From Sarea resinae (lineage: Eukaryota): a stretch of 64,000 nucleotides of DNA. The stretch spans positions 186,001 to 250,000 of the forward strand of contig JAPEUD010000005.1 in the NCBI GenBank assembly GCA_026026165.1, written 5' to 3'. Below, in pieces: positions 49,840-61,710 of the stretch. The notes below the pieces were generated by a model. It was given only the letters and a program-made list of their open reading frames with translations, searched no databases and was not told the DNA's origin. Positions within the stretch are counted from its first letter, which is position 1, and every line of letters starts with the position of its first letter. Position numbers and translations under genes: made by a program.

Positions 49840-52800
49840 TCAACTGTACATATCTTCCTCGTCCCCAAGCGAAGCATCTTGGAACCCGTAATCCCCAGTG
49901 CCATCTAAGCCTCCATTTCCGTCCTGCGCACCCGCCTTGCCTTTGCCCTTACTATTCATAGACCCGTTCAGATGCGCCGTGCGGATGACGCTGTCGGCGT
50001 CGTCATCCTCCTCGTCGTCTTCTTCCTCGTTAACTCCACCAGCAATGTGAGCGGCAGCTTTGCCTTTGCCCCTGACCTTAGACCTCGCACTTTCCTTCCC
50101 CTTACTGCTTTTCCGAGTCTCAAATCGTGGCCGGAGCGGTTCTACGTCTGTAGCGCGGGTGCCTGGATGAGAGGATGAGATGGTACTAGTAGTTGAGGCG
50201 GAATTCTTGTTTTCGTCTTTCTTGTCATCGGCGGACTCAAAGGTCCGGCGGACGTGGTCGTAGTGCTCGAGTTCTTTGGCGCTATTGAGGGGGGTCAGGT
50301 CAGCAAAGCTCGTGATTGACCATTAATTGAGAAATAGGGTAGGAGATAGTTCAAGTGAAGTGAATGAAGGAGTACTGCATACCTAACACTCCCGACGAGT
50401 TCTTGCTGTGCCGCGAAAAAGTCTTCTTCGGTCACCATGACGGACGTATCTTCTTTCGAGGCCAAATGGTCGAAGAAGTAAGCTGTAGTCACGGGACCAC
50501 CGGGAAGCCTCTTGATTTTTTCGTCCACAGCGCCTGCTTGGCGAGTGATGGCCTTGAGCATGGCATCTGAGCAGAGGGCGTAGAGATCGGCGCCGGTGTA
50601 GGTATATGGAAGAGCAGCGGCGACGCGATAGAGGGACGTGTCCGGATGAAGGGTGAACCTGTTGAGCAGAGTGTTAAATTAGTTTCAGGTCCAACAGGGG
50701 AAGTAGGAGGGACGACAGGATTAACGTACTTTCTTGTCAAAGCCTCCATAATCGTGAGCTGCTTATCATGGGTATCGGGGATACCAAGGTAAAGCATCTT
50801 GTCGAACCGTCCCGGACGAAGCAAAGCCTGATCAAGCAGATCTGGCCGATTCGTAGCCCCAATGACAAAGACGCCACCGCCGCCTTCTTCGCCGTCGCTG
50901 ATGCCATCAAGCTCAGCAAGCAGCTGACTGACTATACGATCCATGACTCCACCACTATCACCTTGATTGCCTCTCTTGGGGGCCACAGAATCCAGCTCGT
51001 CGAAGAAGACGACGCAAGGTCGGGCGTCGCGAGCTCGCTGAAACACCCGACGAACATTTGCCTCGGACTCGCCAATATACATATTCAGTAGCTCTGGTCC
51101 CTTAATAGAGAAAAAGTTGAGAGAAAATTCTGTCGCGATAGCCTTGGCAAGTAGCGTCTTGCCGGTCCCTGGTGGGCCGTAGAAGAGGATACCGCTACGT
51201 TTCTTCATGCCTTTTGCGAATAGTTCCGGTCTCTCCAGAGGCAACTGAATCGTCTCCATGACAGCATCTTTGACTTTCGTGAGTCCACCGACGTCATCCC
51301 AACCCACGTTTGGAATCTTGGGCGCTCCAATAGAATCTGCGAAATTTTTCCGGGCTGAATCGACAGCGATGTCAAAGTCTGCTCTTGTGACGCAACGAGA
51401 AGCATCCCCACCAGAGACTTGCACATCTCTGACGCTGACTTGGAATGCTTCATCACGGTCATCGCTAGCTTTTCTGGCTAGAGCCTCTGTTCGCTCTCTC
51501 TTTGCGACGATGGCTCTTTCCACAACATCAACAAGGTCGCCAGCCACAAGTGCAGCGGTCTTTACCGCAATGGCAGCGAGGTCGACATCAGGAGCGACGA
51601 TCGCGCCCTTGTCTTCGATGGCATCTCGTAATATACTTTCTCTTTCTCCTTCATCAGGGGCAAACATTTCTAGTTCGTGAGTGAAGAGACTCCGGAGCCC
51701 TTCAGGGACTTTTTCGACTTCGGTAGTCGTTGCGATAAGTATTCTGCAGTTCAGTACAAGCTCTTTGAATGCAGTAACCATTCTGTCCGCATTCAGAGCT
51801 TCGACGTGTCTGAGTAGGAGAGCCACATATTCAGATCCGCACGATAGAGCGCGCTCTGACCTGGCTTTTAAGAATGCCTCTGTCTTGATGTCTCCTCCTC
51901 CCACGCCGCCCTCGGTGAGAATATCGTAAGCATCGATAGTGAAGCTGTGAATACCGAGATCGGTACAAGCACGGCTGGCAACGCTGGCTTTGCCAATATT
52001 GCGCTGAGTCGATACAAGTAGGATAGCAATAGGCGGCAAGCCAAGATGAATGGCTCGTGGACTGGTTGCAGCCGAAATGAGCTCTCGGAGACGGCGTCTA
52101 ATGTGTGTAATTTGAGGCTTCGGCAATTCCGAAAGCCGGGTACCGACGGAGGCCGATCGGATGTTGGGTGGTGGACTCTTGACGCCCAGGTAATATTCCC
52201 ATGAGTTATCTATCGTGCCAGGAACCTTTCCTTGCTGACTTCCTGCTTGCACCATTCTAGTGATAGTTGAGTCAACAACCACAACCGGACCCCATTCATT
52301 GGTATCGTCTCTTCCTTGCCCATCTTCTGCAAGAGAGGCTACAACTTGGTCGATTTTGAACCAAGCGACTCCTCTGGTCTTCGATTGCCGTTCTATCGTG
52401 CTCCCCTGGACGCTCCCATCAGAACCTGCCAGTAGCTCGTCCATAATATCATCACCTTCAACAGCGCCAGAGCCACGAAATGTCATTTTTCCCAGGGTGG
52501 TGTCTAGAGTAATGGCTAAAAGATCACCGCTCTTCACAATCCTTTGTTTGTTCTCAAAGTAGTTCTTTAGCCCCAAGAGAAGACTCGGCTGGAGACTGCG
52601 ATCCGTGGATAAGGGTGAGGAAATTTTCAGTAATGTTACTTCTTTGGCATAAGGAGGCGAGGACGAGCTTGGAAGCTTCCTTTTCGGAACTAGAGAGTGG
52701 CGAACCCCGGAATTGGGCGAGTGCGGAAACAACGGGGATAAACGGACATTCGACGGGGCACCAAGGTTTGCGAGCACTACTGGGGAGATATATGCCTTTA

Positions 52801-54484
52801 TAGAGCTGCCCTGTGGGTGTACTGTTGCGAATCCCGGCTGGGAACCTTTTGGTTTGTTTATAGCATAGCGTGGAAGATGGTCCGAGTATTCTTCTGGTAA
52901 TCCAAATACCTTGGCGACTGTCCAAAGTCGGGAGTCCTCATTCATCGTGGCTGATTCATTTAGACCCCAAGAAACAAGGCTTGTCATTCGAGGCTCTTCA
53001 GCTGCCTCGACCTTGATCCAATCTCCAGAGAAGCATCCAATCTTAGCAAGAGAATTGACATTGACGAACACTCTAGCTTCTTCGTCCTCATAATCAGACG
53101 GTTTTGGGTGTAGAAGTTCGTTAGAGATGCACTGCAAGAGCCCCTGAGCCTTGAATATTTTCCCGGTAGAGGCTTTGGCCCGAGCGGTCACACTCGTAAA
53201 ATTTGACGACACAGAGCCTGGCGTGCTTATTCCATTCGTACCTAGGCCGCCACCTGCCCTCGGAGTGGCTGATGTCATTCCCGAAAGCATTGCGGAGGAT
53301 GTTGGTGGCAAAGACGGCGCAGTCAGAGAAAGCATATCCTCAAGCGAATCGTCTGAAAGGTCGGCATCATCGACGCCAGAGATCTCGGATCCTGAATCTT
53401 CGGTCGCAGAAGTTTCTCCATCGTTTTCAGGTGGCGAAGGCGTCAGTGTCGAATTCCCGTCCTCTGCGGCAGAGTAAAATTGTTCATTCGAAGTGTCATC
53501 ATCGTCTTCCTCCACAGCTCCGTTGATTAATCGTGCTGTCGATAATGGGGTGGGATTGGCCAAGGTTTTAGTCTTCTGTCGCGTTTGAATCACGACTATC
53601 TTGGTGCTTGGAAGTAAGAGCCCCTGAGACACTGGCTCACACATGGTGACCTTGGCCGGTTGAGGCGGAACATGGGTAATTGGATGAGCAGGTAATGGGA
53701 GATGGAGCAGGTCACTTGCGTGCACAATATTCGGTGACTGGAGTGCTCCTCGTATTGCATCTCTGAGGCGGTCCTCCTGAGACAAAATGGACCCCTCGGT
53801 CTTTCGGTCCATCTGCCGACCGTTTTGGGGGGGATGGACTGCAACACCACCATTTGCCCGGGATATCCCAAAACCCCCTCCAAATTTCTGCTGGATCTCG
53901 TCAAGCTTTTGTAACATCATCCCATCAACCGTTACAAAGATCGTCTCTAGACCCAACGGGACGACATCAAGAATCCTGATCTCGATCGATTCGTGCGGTC
54001 TGCTGGGTATCTTTGTTGGGCTGATCGAACGAAGTGCCTGAGCAAATGATTGTAGAGTCGGGGAGGCCGCAGGGTATATCAAGGTACACGGCGCAATGCT
54101 GGGTGTTTCTTCTTCAGTATGAGGCTTGACAGGCAATATTGTCCATGGGGTGTCCTCGGTCCTGCCCAGAGCAATCGGGAACCAAGGTGATATGGCGACA
54201 TGGCGAACGAGGTCTGTCCTGGAGCCTTTGCGATTGACGTTGCCTATGGCACAGATTGGCACACATCAGCCCTTGATGATCGGTCATAGAGAGAATTTTC
54301 CATAGTGCATACCTTCCGATTCTTTTGCCCCAGGAAACAGCTCCGTGAACAGGTCATGAGACAAAAGCCCAACATCTCCCTTCATTCGCTCGTCAAGTAA
54401 GAAGCGCGCAGAGATGGCAGGACGGTCCTGCCTTCTTCTTCGCCGGCGCTTCCCACGACGGATCATGAACTCCTCGGACGCCAT
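49840..54484 (-). CDS. PEX6: Peroxisome assembly AAA ATPase Pex6 (4 exons)
   Basis: D2 AAA domain SIGAPKIPNVGWDDVGGL, Walker A GPPGTGKT, Walker B VVFFDELD, GDSGGVMDRIVSQLLAELDG and LLRPGRFD; degenerate D1 (STQRNIGKA). Introns 54244-54312, 50659-50729 and 50282-50382. TGA at 49840-49842. Confidence 0.96.
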
Positions 54485-55674
54485 GTCCTCTGCTTCTGTA
54501 CGCCCAACGGCCCACGCTGTCTTCACATTTGGCGTCTTGTCTACCGTCGGGGTGGGAATGTTTGCCGAGAGTGTGGGGTGCCGAGGTATGATTCAGTGAC
54601 GGAAGCATCCATTATTATGGCTTCCATTCATATCAAGGTGGGGAATAGTCTCGGCGCAAGACTGATAGACACCGGCGGGTAAAGCAATGTGCATTCGGGG
54701 CCAATTCGGTCTTCAGCTTTTTGCCATCTACCACCTACCTACGGATTCGCCTCTTCGAGACTCACGATGGAAAACAATTCCACATGCAAAGGGCGAAATG
54801 GAAAGCGGATGGAATCATGATCGCTCAAAATGCTTAGTAATCGCTTTCCTCGTCCCCTCGTCCAACCCTCGTACCTCACGCACAGGAATGGGCAGCAGGG
54901 TACGATATTAAGGAGTACTCGCTCTCTTGTCACAGCTGGTATCATAGAACGATTCGAAGTGAGTGAGGTCTGCTGCGGGAATAACTCGAGCAGAGACCCA
55001 TGTTGGATTAGATGTCATCCCATGCTGAACAAGTCTATAGGAGACAGAAGGCCAAAAAAAGAACGCCAACGGCAAAAAGAGATTCTCGAAGCTTGGAATC
55101 GAACCAAGGACAGCTCGGTATACTGAAGATATTACAGCCGAGTGCCATAAACCAACTAGACCACATCGAGATTGTTGAGATGAAGCAGATTTTAATGGAA
55201 CTAATATCGTCTCCTAGATCTGGTTGGGCTTGGCTGCTCAAGTCTTTACCTTCAGATACGTACTCGGAAGTACAGGCTCCTTCTGCCGAGGTACGAGATG
55301 ACATTTGCTCCACTGACGCTCTACCATACCTTGTTCAATGAATGCTGTAAACATTAGAAATCCGAGTTTCTCCTATTACATGAGCCGGTCACAGAACGAT
55401 TTATAGGACGCAAGTCCGAATCTGGGAGGCGCTGTGCTCGCTGCTTCCGGAGATCTAGGTCCACGGATGATAGGATGAAATCTGGATTAGGCCATGTCCC
55501 AGAAGCTCAAATTATATTGCTATAGTTGTTCTCACAGCTTGTGGGCTTAGTCTTCGTTGAGAAATCTTCTTTTCCTTGACAAGTGGTGAAGTGGTGAAGA
55601 GGCATATGAATTATGAAGTATTTACAGCTAATAAACACGCCTATTTACCCCATCCGATCCGATAGCCTTGGAAA

Positions 55675-58599
55675 TCACCACATCCCCATGCCCTCCCCTT
55701 CCCCGAGACGGAAGAGCCCATTCTTCCTCCTCTCGGCCTCCCATCTTTCAATCCACCCCCTCATCCTCTCCCTACCTTTAGCGCTCCCCACATTAACGGT
55801 GGGAATGACCCTATCGATTCTCAGGGCACAACAGAACATGGTCAATTCTCTAAAAGAACTATGCTCACTGTAGGGGACCCCGAAACACATAGCCTTGCTT
55901 GTGCTCCCGCGTTGGGGTACTAGGTCACGCATGCTGTATCCCGACCGCCAGTTTGAGCCGTAAAGCACGCTATTGACCTGTGGACTCTCGACGAAACGCG
56001 TGTTGGGCGGGCGGTAATTCCATCCCGAGGGTCTGAAGCCAACGATACGGGAGAAGTTGTGGGCGCGATTCGACTCGAGATATTCGGCTAGGGTGTCGGC
56101 ACGAATTTCGAAGAGCGGCGTCATATGAACTTGAGCGTCCGCTGGGTCAGAGGTGAGCAGAGCCGACAGAATGGGGTCTTCCAATGCGTTGCAAATCCGC
56201 GTTTTGGCTGACGTGGCGTAGATTTTTGAGCCCAGTGCTTGCGCGATGCCAACGCAGATGCGCTCTTTTCCGATAGAGTAGGTGCCTACTACTACAAGGA
56301 GGCGGCCGCGTCCAGGCTTGCCCAATTTCAGATTCGTGGGGTCGTCGGTCTCGTTATTGGTCGGGCCTGATGTGGAATTCTGGCGGACAAATTTAGCCAT
56401 CCCGCTGCCGGCGCGGTCACGCTTCATGGATTCAAAGCTGTCGGAGGTGTCGACTTGGTCTTTACTCAAACTGACGCACATGTCTGCGCAAGCGGCGATA
56501 ACGTCTGTTTGGTTGGGGAACGCATATTTCGGATTTAGATAAGTGGTGTCGAGATAGCAGACATCAATCTTCTGCTGTGCAATGGCCCTGCCAGTGGCCG
56601 AATCGAGGATATTGGGCCGGAGGAGAGGGTGTTCGACATGTGCAGGACATGCGCGGAAGTCTCCACAGTGTAGGACTCGTTGGACTTTAGGATTTTTTCC
56701 CTTCCCGACAACCTTTTCGAAGAGAAAGAGTGAGCTCCCAGGACAATGGTTCGCTGGTATCATCGTGCAGTGCACGCCGTTGGTACCTGGTATTTCGGAC
56801 TTCTCCTCGAACTCAAGCTCGACCACCCATTTCGGATCCACACGAAGTTGACCTCTGACAAGGTTTGCAGTCACACGACTGCAGTAGATTGGACCATTCT
56901 GCCAGTGAGATGTCAAGCCGACATAATGGTCACTGTGGAAATGACTCAAGAAGTATGCGTTGCATCCCTCGACAGCCCCGTACCTAAAAGCATCAACGCA
57001 AATAAACAAACCAGGCAGGATCTTATAGAATGGACATGTCCTTTGGTAGGAAGGCTTGCCACGTGAAGCGGTTTCTGCAGCTGCAGCTGTGGCCCATGCT
57101 GTATCCTCGGCATGTGAAGACATAAGCTTGGAAAATGCCGAAGAAGATGAGGTGCTAGCTTGGCCGAGGACGAACGGGTTCTCTTGGCCTGGTTTAGCTG
57201 GGCGCACTGGCGGTTGAAAGCGCCTCGGAGTTAACGTTCCGTCCTCTTTCTTATATTTTGGGACAGCAACATCTTCTTTTCGATCTGGTAGTGGTGTGGG
57301 ATTTCCATCCAAACAATGATTGACGTGAACAGATGCTTCAGCATCATCAACTCCTGAGAGACTGGAGTTACAGATAGGGCAAGTTGGGCCACTCTCCTCA
57401 AAAGGGATAAAGAGCTCTGTATCAGAATCATCATCTTTGATTGGTAGATCATCTAGACCACCTTCGAACCCATCCTCAAGAAGCCCATTCTCTGCCATCT
57501 CTAATCTCTTCTGTTCTTCCATAGACTGTTTCTCCAAAAAGTCCTCGTCATCAGGATCTTCGTCATTGCCGAATCCTTCGATCTCATCGAATTGGCCATC
57601 CTCCTTGACACTTGTAGACTCATGCTTTAGGGGAGGCTTTAGAGGTATTGCAGGCTGGTCCGGACTTCGATTGGGAGATGGTTCATTTGAGTAGGGTTGA
57701 TGTTGACTATCAAGAGTTTGGCTGTTAGAAGATCGTGGCCGTAATATTGACTTTCCAAGATTGTTTCCACTAATAGTACGACCACCCAGACTTATCCTCC
57801 CGCCCATCCGCTTCTTAGGCGGCTGAAGCTCCGGCTTGGCAGCATCTGGATAGGTTGATTGCTTGCTATCGGAGAGCTCGGAGTCATTCTGAGCAACGTT
57901 GCCTGTCATGATTTCATTTAACTCCGGCGGAGGAGGTGAGCATCCTTTGCCAACCTGAGCTTCTTTGTTCGCCCTGGCAAGTTCTGCGTCCTGAGGCAGC
58001 GCCGATGGATTTCCTGAAATATCGTCCTCCCGTGCATCGTCATCCACGAAAAGACCGCCAGCGGTATCTCCCAGAAAAGAGCCTGTGTCAAATTTTTTGC
58101 GGCGCTTTACGGAGCTCGTATTCTCATTGAATCTGGAGACGGCCGAAGAATCGATCTCTTGTCCACTCTTGGCATCAGAATCGGCTCTATCTTGTTTTTG
58201 TTCTTCGAACAAGGGATCTGGAGTAGGAGATCGAGCTCGTGAAGGTGGGACGGCAGAAGCGTCATCGACATAAAATAGTTCGTCGTCGTCACCATTCGCG
58301 ACGGCCGGCTTCACTGGTGACTCAACCTTTTTGAAAAAGGTCAAGATGCTGCTATTCGGCTTCGGCTTTATCTTTCCATTAGAGAGCAGAGTACCCTTCC
58401 TTGTTCGACCAGCACTATTCGAATTGCCAGTAGGTTTCGCGCTTAGTGGCTTTGTGGGCTGTCTGCTTGCCATGGCGACAGCATTTTGTGGGGGGCGATG
58501 GGTGTTCTCTGAGGATTGCGGCGGCGTGGGAGGCCTCCCTGTAGACGGCTTCACGGAGGTAGGAGGGGTAAAATCATTCTCTCGAGGCTTGCGAAACAT
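55675..58599 (-). CDS. PSO2: DNA interstrand cross-link repair nuclease Pso2/SNM1 (metallo-beta-lactamase/beta-CASP)
   Basis: 974-aa ORF with VDAF, FLSHFHSDHY, ANHCPGS, LHCGDFR, YLDTTY, YSIGKE and VPYSEHSS. It also has a UBZ-type finger CPIC...HVNHCLD and a PIP-like NSSILTFF. Confidence 0.95.
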   Translation of the reverse strand: MFRKPRENDFTPPTSVKPSTGRPPTPPQSSENTHRPPQNAVAMASRQPTKPLSAKPTGNSNSAGRTRKGTLLSNGKIKPKPNSSILTFFKKVESPVKPAVANGDDDELFYVDDASAVPPSRARSPTPDPLFEEQKQDRADSDAKSGQEIDSSAVSRFNENTSSVKRRKKFDTGSFLGDTAGGLFVDDDAREDDISGNPSALPQDAELARANKEAQVGKGCSPPPPELNEIMTGNVAQNDSELSDSKQSTYPDAAKPELQPPKKRMGGRISLGGRTISGNNLGKSILRPRSSNSQTLDSQHQPYSNEPSPNRSPDQPAIPLKPPLKHESTSVKEDGQFDEIEGFGNDEDPDDEDFLEKQSMEEQKRLEMAENGLLEDGFEGGLDDLPIKDDDSDTELFIPFEESGPTCPICNSSLSGVDDAEASVHVNHCLDGNPTPLPDRKEDVAVPKYKKEDGTLTPRRFQPPVRPAKPGQENPFVLGQASTSSSSAFSKLMSSHAEDTAWATAAAAETASRGKPSYQRTCPFYKILPGLFICVDAFRYGAVEGCNAYFLSHFHSDHYVGLTSHWQNGPIYCSRVTANLVRGQLRVDPKWVVELEFEEKSEIPGTNGVHCTMIPANHCPGSSLFLFEKVVGKGKNPKVQRVLHCGDFRACPAHVEHPLLRPNILDSATGRAIAQQKIDVCYLDTTYLNPKYAFPNQTDVIAACADMCVSLSKDQVDTSDSFESMKRDRAGSGMAKFVRQNSTSGPTNNETDDPTNLKLGKPGRGRLLVVVGTYSIGKERICVGIAQALGSKIYATSAKTRICNALEDPILSALLTSDPADAQVHMTPLFEIRADTLAEYLESNRAHNFSRIVGFRPSGWNYRPPNTRFVESPQVNSVLYGSNWRSGYSMRDLVPQRGSTSKAMCFGVPYSEHSSFRELTMFCCALRIDRVIPTVNVGSAKGRERMRGWIERWEAERRKNGLFRLGEGEGMGMW

Positions 58600-58725
58600 A
58601 TCACTGCCGCCACAAGATATCCAAGGCTACCGACTCATAGTTGTTCAGTCAATCAAAGATAGAATTACGGCAACCTCCAACTTCACTAGGTACTCCGGAG
58701 TTTGGATCCTCGACATTGGAGGCGA

Positions 58726-58731
58726 ACGCGT
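58726..58731. promoter_or_regulatory. MCB-like element (ACGCGT) upstream of PSO2
   Basis: ACGCGT lies 127 bp before the ATG, with a second CGCGT core near 58764. MBF-type control of repair genes is established in yeasts; function here is inferred. Confidence 0.35.
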
Positions 58732-59168
58732 TTCGCTAGGCGCTTGTAATCGATCTCGTTTAGCGCGTTAAGTGATGACGCATTGGGCGGCGATCCTTTT
58801 CAGACATGCAGCATCGAGACAATGGGCAATGAAAGATAGATGCACTATAGCAGGTAGTGAATATATTTGGCTATTTCTTTGAATTGTTCTACTCGACAAT
58901 TGTCCAGAGCCAGATTGACCCTTTCACAGCATACGCTTCCTATCATCACCTCTGAGCTGCTCCTTCAGTATCGACCATGTATCGCCACACGGACACTCAG
59001 GGTGAGGTCTTCATAGTCGGATATGGTACGGTGCTACTTCCCCTAGAGAGTGGCTGTCTTGACGCTTTTTCGTTGCTTTTCAAGATTCTGACCTTTTCCA
59101 GCCCAAAGCTAAGTCCCAATCCAAGCGAACCCCTCATGATCCTTCAATTCCTTTCCAGAGCAAGATTA

Positions 59169-59705
59169 TTACTTTGCTTTTGATGCCTGTTGTGAAGCTT
59201 CTGTAGACGTTATCCCTATTAGCCATCGTTCTCAATACGGTGGCGGCCCCTCAAGACCCTATCTGTATTGGCAGCCTCACCTCTTCTCGTCGCATCTTCC
59301 AACAACGCCGTGTCAACTGCGCTACCCGGTAGGTGCACATAACGAACCACACTTCCTCTAATAAAAACGTTCTTGACTGAAGACTACGTCCCACACTTTC
59401 GTCAGTAAAGCTGTTCCAACTAGCCCGTCGCCGCGCTCGTCGGTCTCGACCTAAACATAATGCAACTGACCAAATGCGGGTACTTTAGCTCCTCCATGAC
59501 TTGTATATCATCGAGCTTGATATTCAGGAATTGGTCAACCGACTTGAGAGTCCCGCGGATCGAGATGTCGTTCTTGAGCTCGACCGTGACTGTCTGGTCG
59601 ACAAGGGTCTTGAAGAAGCTGTTATCTCTCTTAGCATACCCGTACCAGAAGGACAGAAACGCGCTTTTGCATCATCGCCACGAGAGCTTACCTGAAAAAC
59701 AGCAT
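59169..59705 (-). CDS. LSM2: U6 snRNA-associated Sm-like protein Lsm2 (4 exons; missed by the ORF track)
   Basis: Spliced product MLFFSFFKTLVDQTVTVELKNDISIRGTLKSVDQFLNIKLDDIQVMEELKYPHLSSVKNVFIRGSVVRYVHLPGSAVDTALLEDATRREASQQASKAK. Introns 59619-59691, 59384-59470 and 59201-59280. Confidence 0.96.
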
Positions 59706-60092
59706 CTTCCGATCTGAATAGGCTTTTCCAGCCCAGATAACGAATCAAGATGATGAAATTATCCTTGCGCGATGTCCGTTCCGCCATTTCTGTGAAGTCG
59801 CATTCCAGCAGTAGGGGGCGCGAGGCACTCCAGAAGCGCGGGCAGTATGAATCTCCATCTGCAATTCCGCCTACGGCTAGCTTTCCCCCGCCAAAAAGAT
59901 GGCGCAACGGCAATTCACTGGCGGGGTAGCTAAAAATTCGGTATCATGACAGCTGAACCAGAGCATCAGGAGGGAGTGTATTGGGCTATCCTATCTTTCT
60001 TCATAACCACTTTAGCTATTATATTCGTCAGTCTTGTCATATTTGGCCTTTCGCCGGCCCTGGACGGAACTCCCCAAACCAAGACAAGCATC

Positions 60093-61162
60093 ATGGCGCA
60101 AGTCGAAAAGGATGCAAAAAGCCCCCATGGTGACCACGACCACGACCATGGTGACTTCGACGAACTCATTACATCGGAAGACCCGCAGCACCCAGCAAAC
60201 CTGATCTGCGAATTATGTCGGAAGTTCTACTCGCTGGGCTGGGTAACGGGTACAGGTGGAGGAACTAGCATACGGAAAGAGTAATACTCTCCCTCCCAGT
60301 CCATCTTTCTGCCGCAACCCTTCTCTCAAACGCGGCGCCAATGCGCAAATACGCAATCAAATTTTTGTTTCAGAAGGATGGGAACTCACCACTAAACGCC
60401 CGCCTCACCTATCTAGCAACCACATATTCATTGCCCCTTCCGGCGTACAGAAAGAGCTCATGCAACCCACCAACATGTTCATCCTCGACTACCCCACGCG
60501 CAGCTACCTCCGCAAACCGCCCGTCCTCAAACCGTCCGCCTGCACGCCCCTTTTTCTCGCAGCCTTCGATCGCGGCGCTGGTTGCTGCATCCATTCGCAC
60601 TCGCAGTGGGCGGTGCTCGTGACGCTGCTAGTCGAGCGCGATTTTGGCTCGAAGGCCTGCTTCGAGATCAGCAACATCGAGCAGATTAAAGGGATCCCAA
60701 AGGGCCGCGGGCAAGTAGGGAACCTAGGGTTTTTCGACACGTTAAGAATTCCGATTATCGAGAACACTGCGCAGTGAGTCTGCTCCGCGGCTTCGGCGTC
60801 AGACACTAATACGAGGTCTTCCGCTGACAAATGCCCCTTTAATGGGACCTCAAAAACAGCGAAGAGGATCTAACCTCAAGCCTAGAAAAGGCAATGGAAG
60901 CGTATCCCGATGCCTACGCGGTTCTGGTTCGCAGACACGGCGTCTACGTCTGGGGCGACAACGTACACAAAGCAAAGACGCAGGCCGAGTGGTGAGTTGA
61001 ACTTACATTATGCAACCCCTTCTTTACACATAAACACTGGTGCCGTCGTAAGTATGCGCTCCGTACGAGACTAACTCGAGCACAACAAGTTTCGACTATC
61101 TCTTCCAACTCGCCGTCGAGATGAAGAAGCTCGGCCTTCCCTGGCTCAAGGAGACAGCGTAA
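60093..61162 (+). CDS. MDE1: Methylthioribulose-1-phosphate dehydratase (methionine salvage; 4 exons)
   Basis: Motifs [71 protein letters not shown] and [10 protein letters not shown]. Introns ~60281-60416, 60774-60859 and 60992-61089. Confidence 0.95.
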
Positions 61163-61710
61163 AAGCATGCATGCATTCCGCGGCCCACGACTGAATGCAA
61201 AAAAAAAAAGCCAGAAAAAGGAACAAACTACTGGAATATCTCTTTTCTGGAACTAAGATATCATTATGCGTATATCTTTACATATACTTTACTTATTCAC
61301 ATAGACATCATGCCATCCTGTTTACAGTTTCGTCTTCAGCAAAAAAGGAACTATGTTTTTGGAGGGAGTTTTGATACATCTAGAACATCAAGTTCTAGGA
61401 CAGGAAGCACAGCAATGGACGTGGCAATCCAGTTTCTAGATTCATAAGTTGAAAATAATGATAGTGGAGAAACGACATTTTTGTACATGATATATTCCTA
61501 AAGGCTATATTCGCACCACCATATGACAGGCTACCTTACGTCCCTCCCATCTACCACATATGTGCAAATCCAAAGAAAGCACGATTCTAGAGTATCTATA
61601 ACACCATGCCAAATGCTAAATGCCACATGACGCCTCAAATGCTTCGACACCGAAATCAACATCCAATCCATGCCAATCCAGTACGATCCAGCATCTCGGG
61701 CGGACGACAA

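Noticed and set aside
54485..54526. Longer PEX6 N-terminus from the ORF track
   Set aside because: It starts at GTG; the nearby ATG is followed at once by TGA. The ATG at 54484 is preferred.
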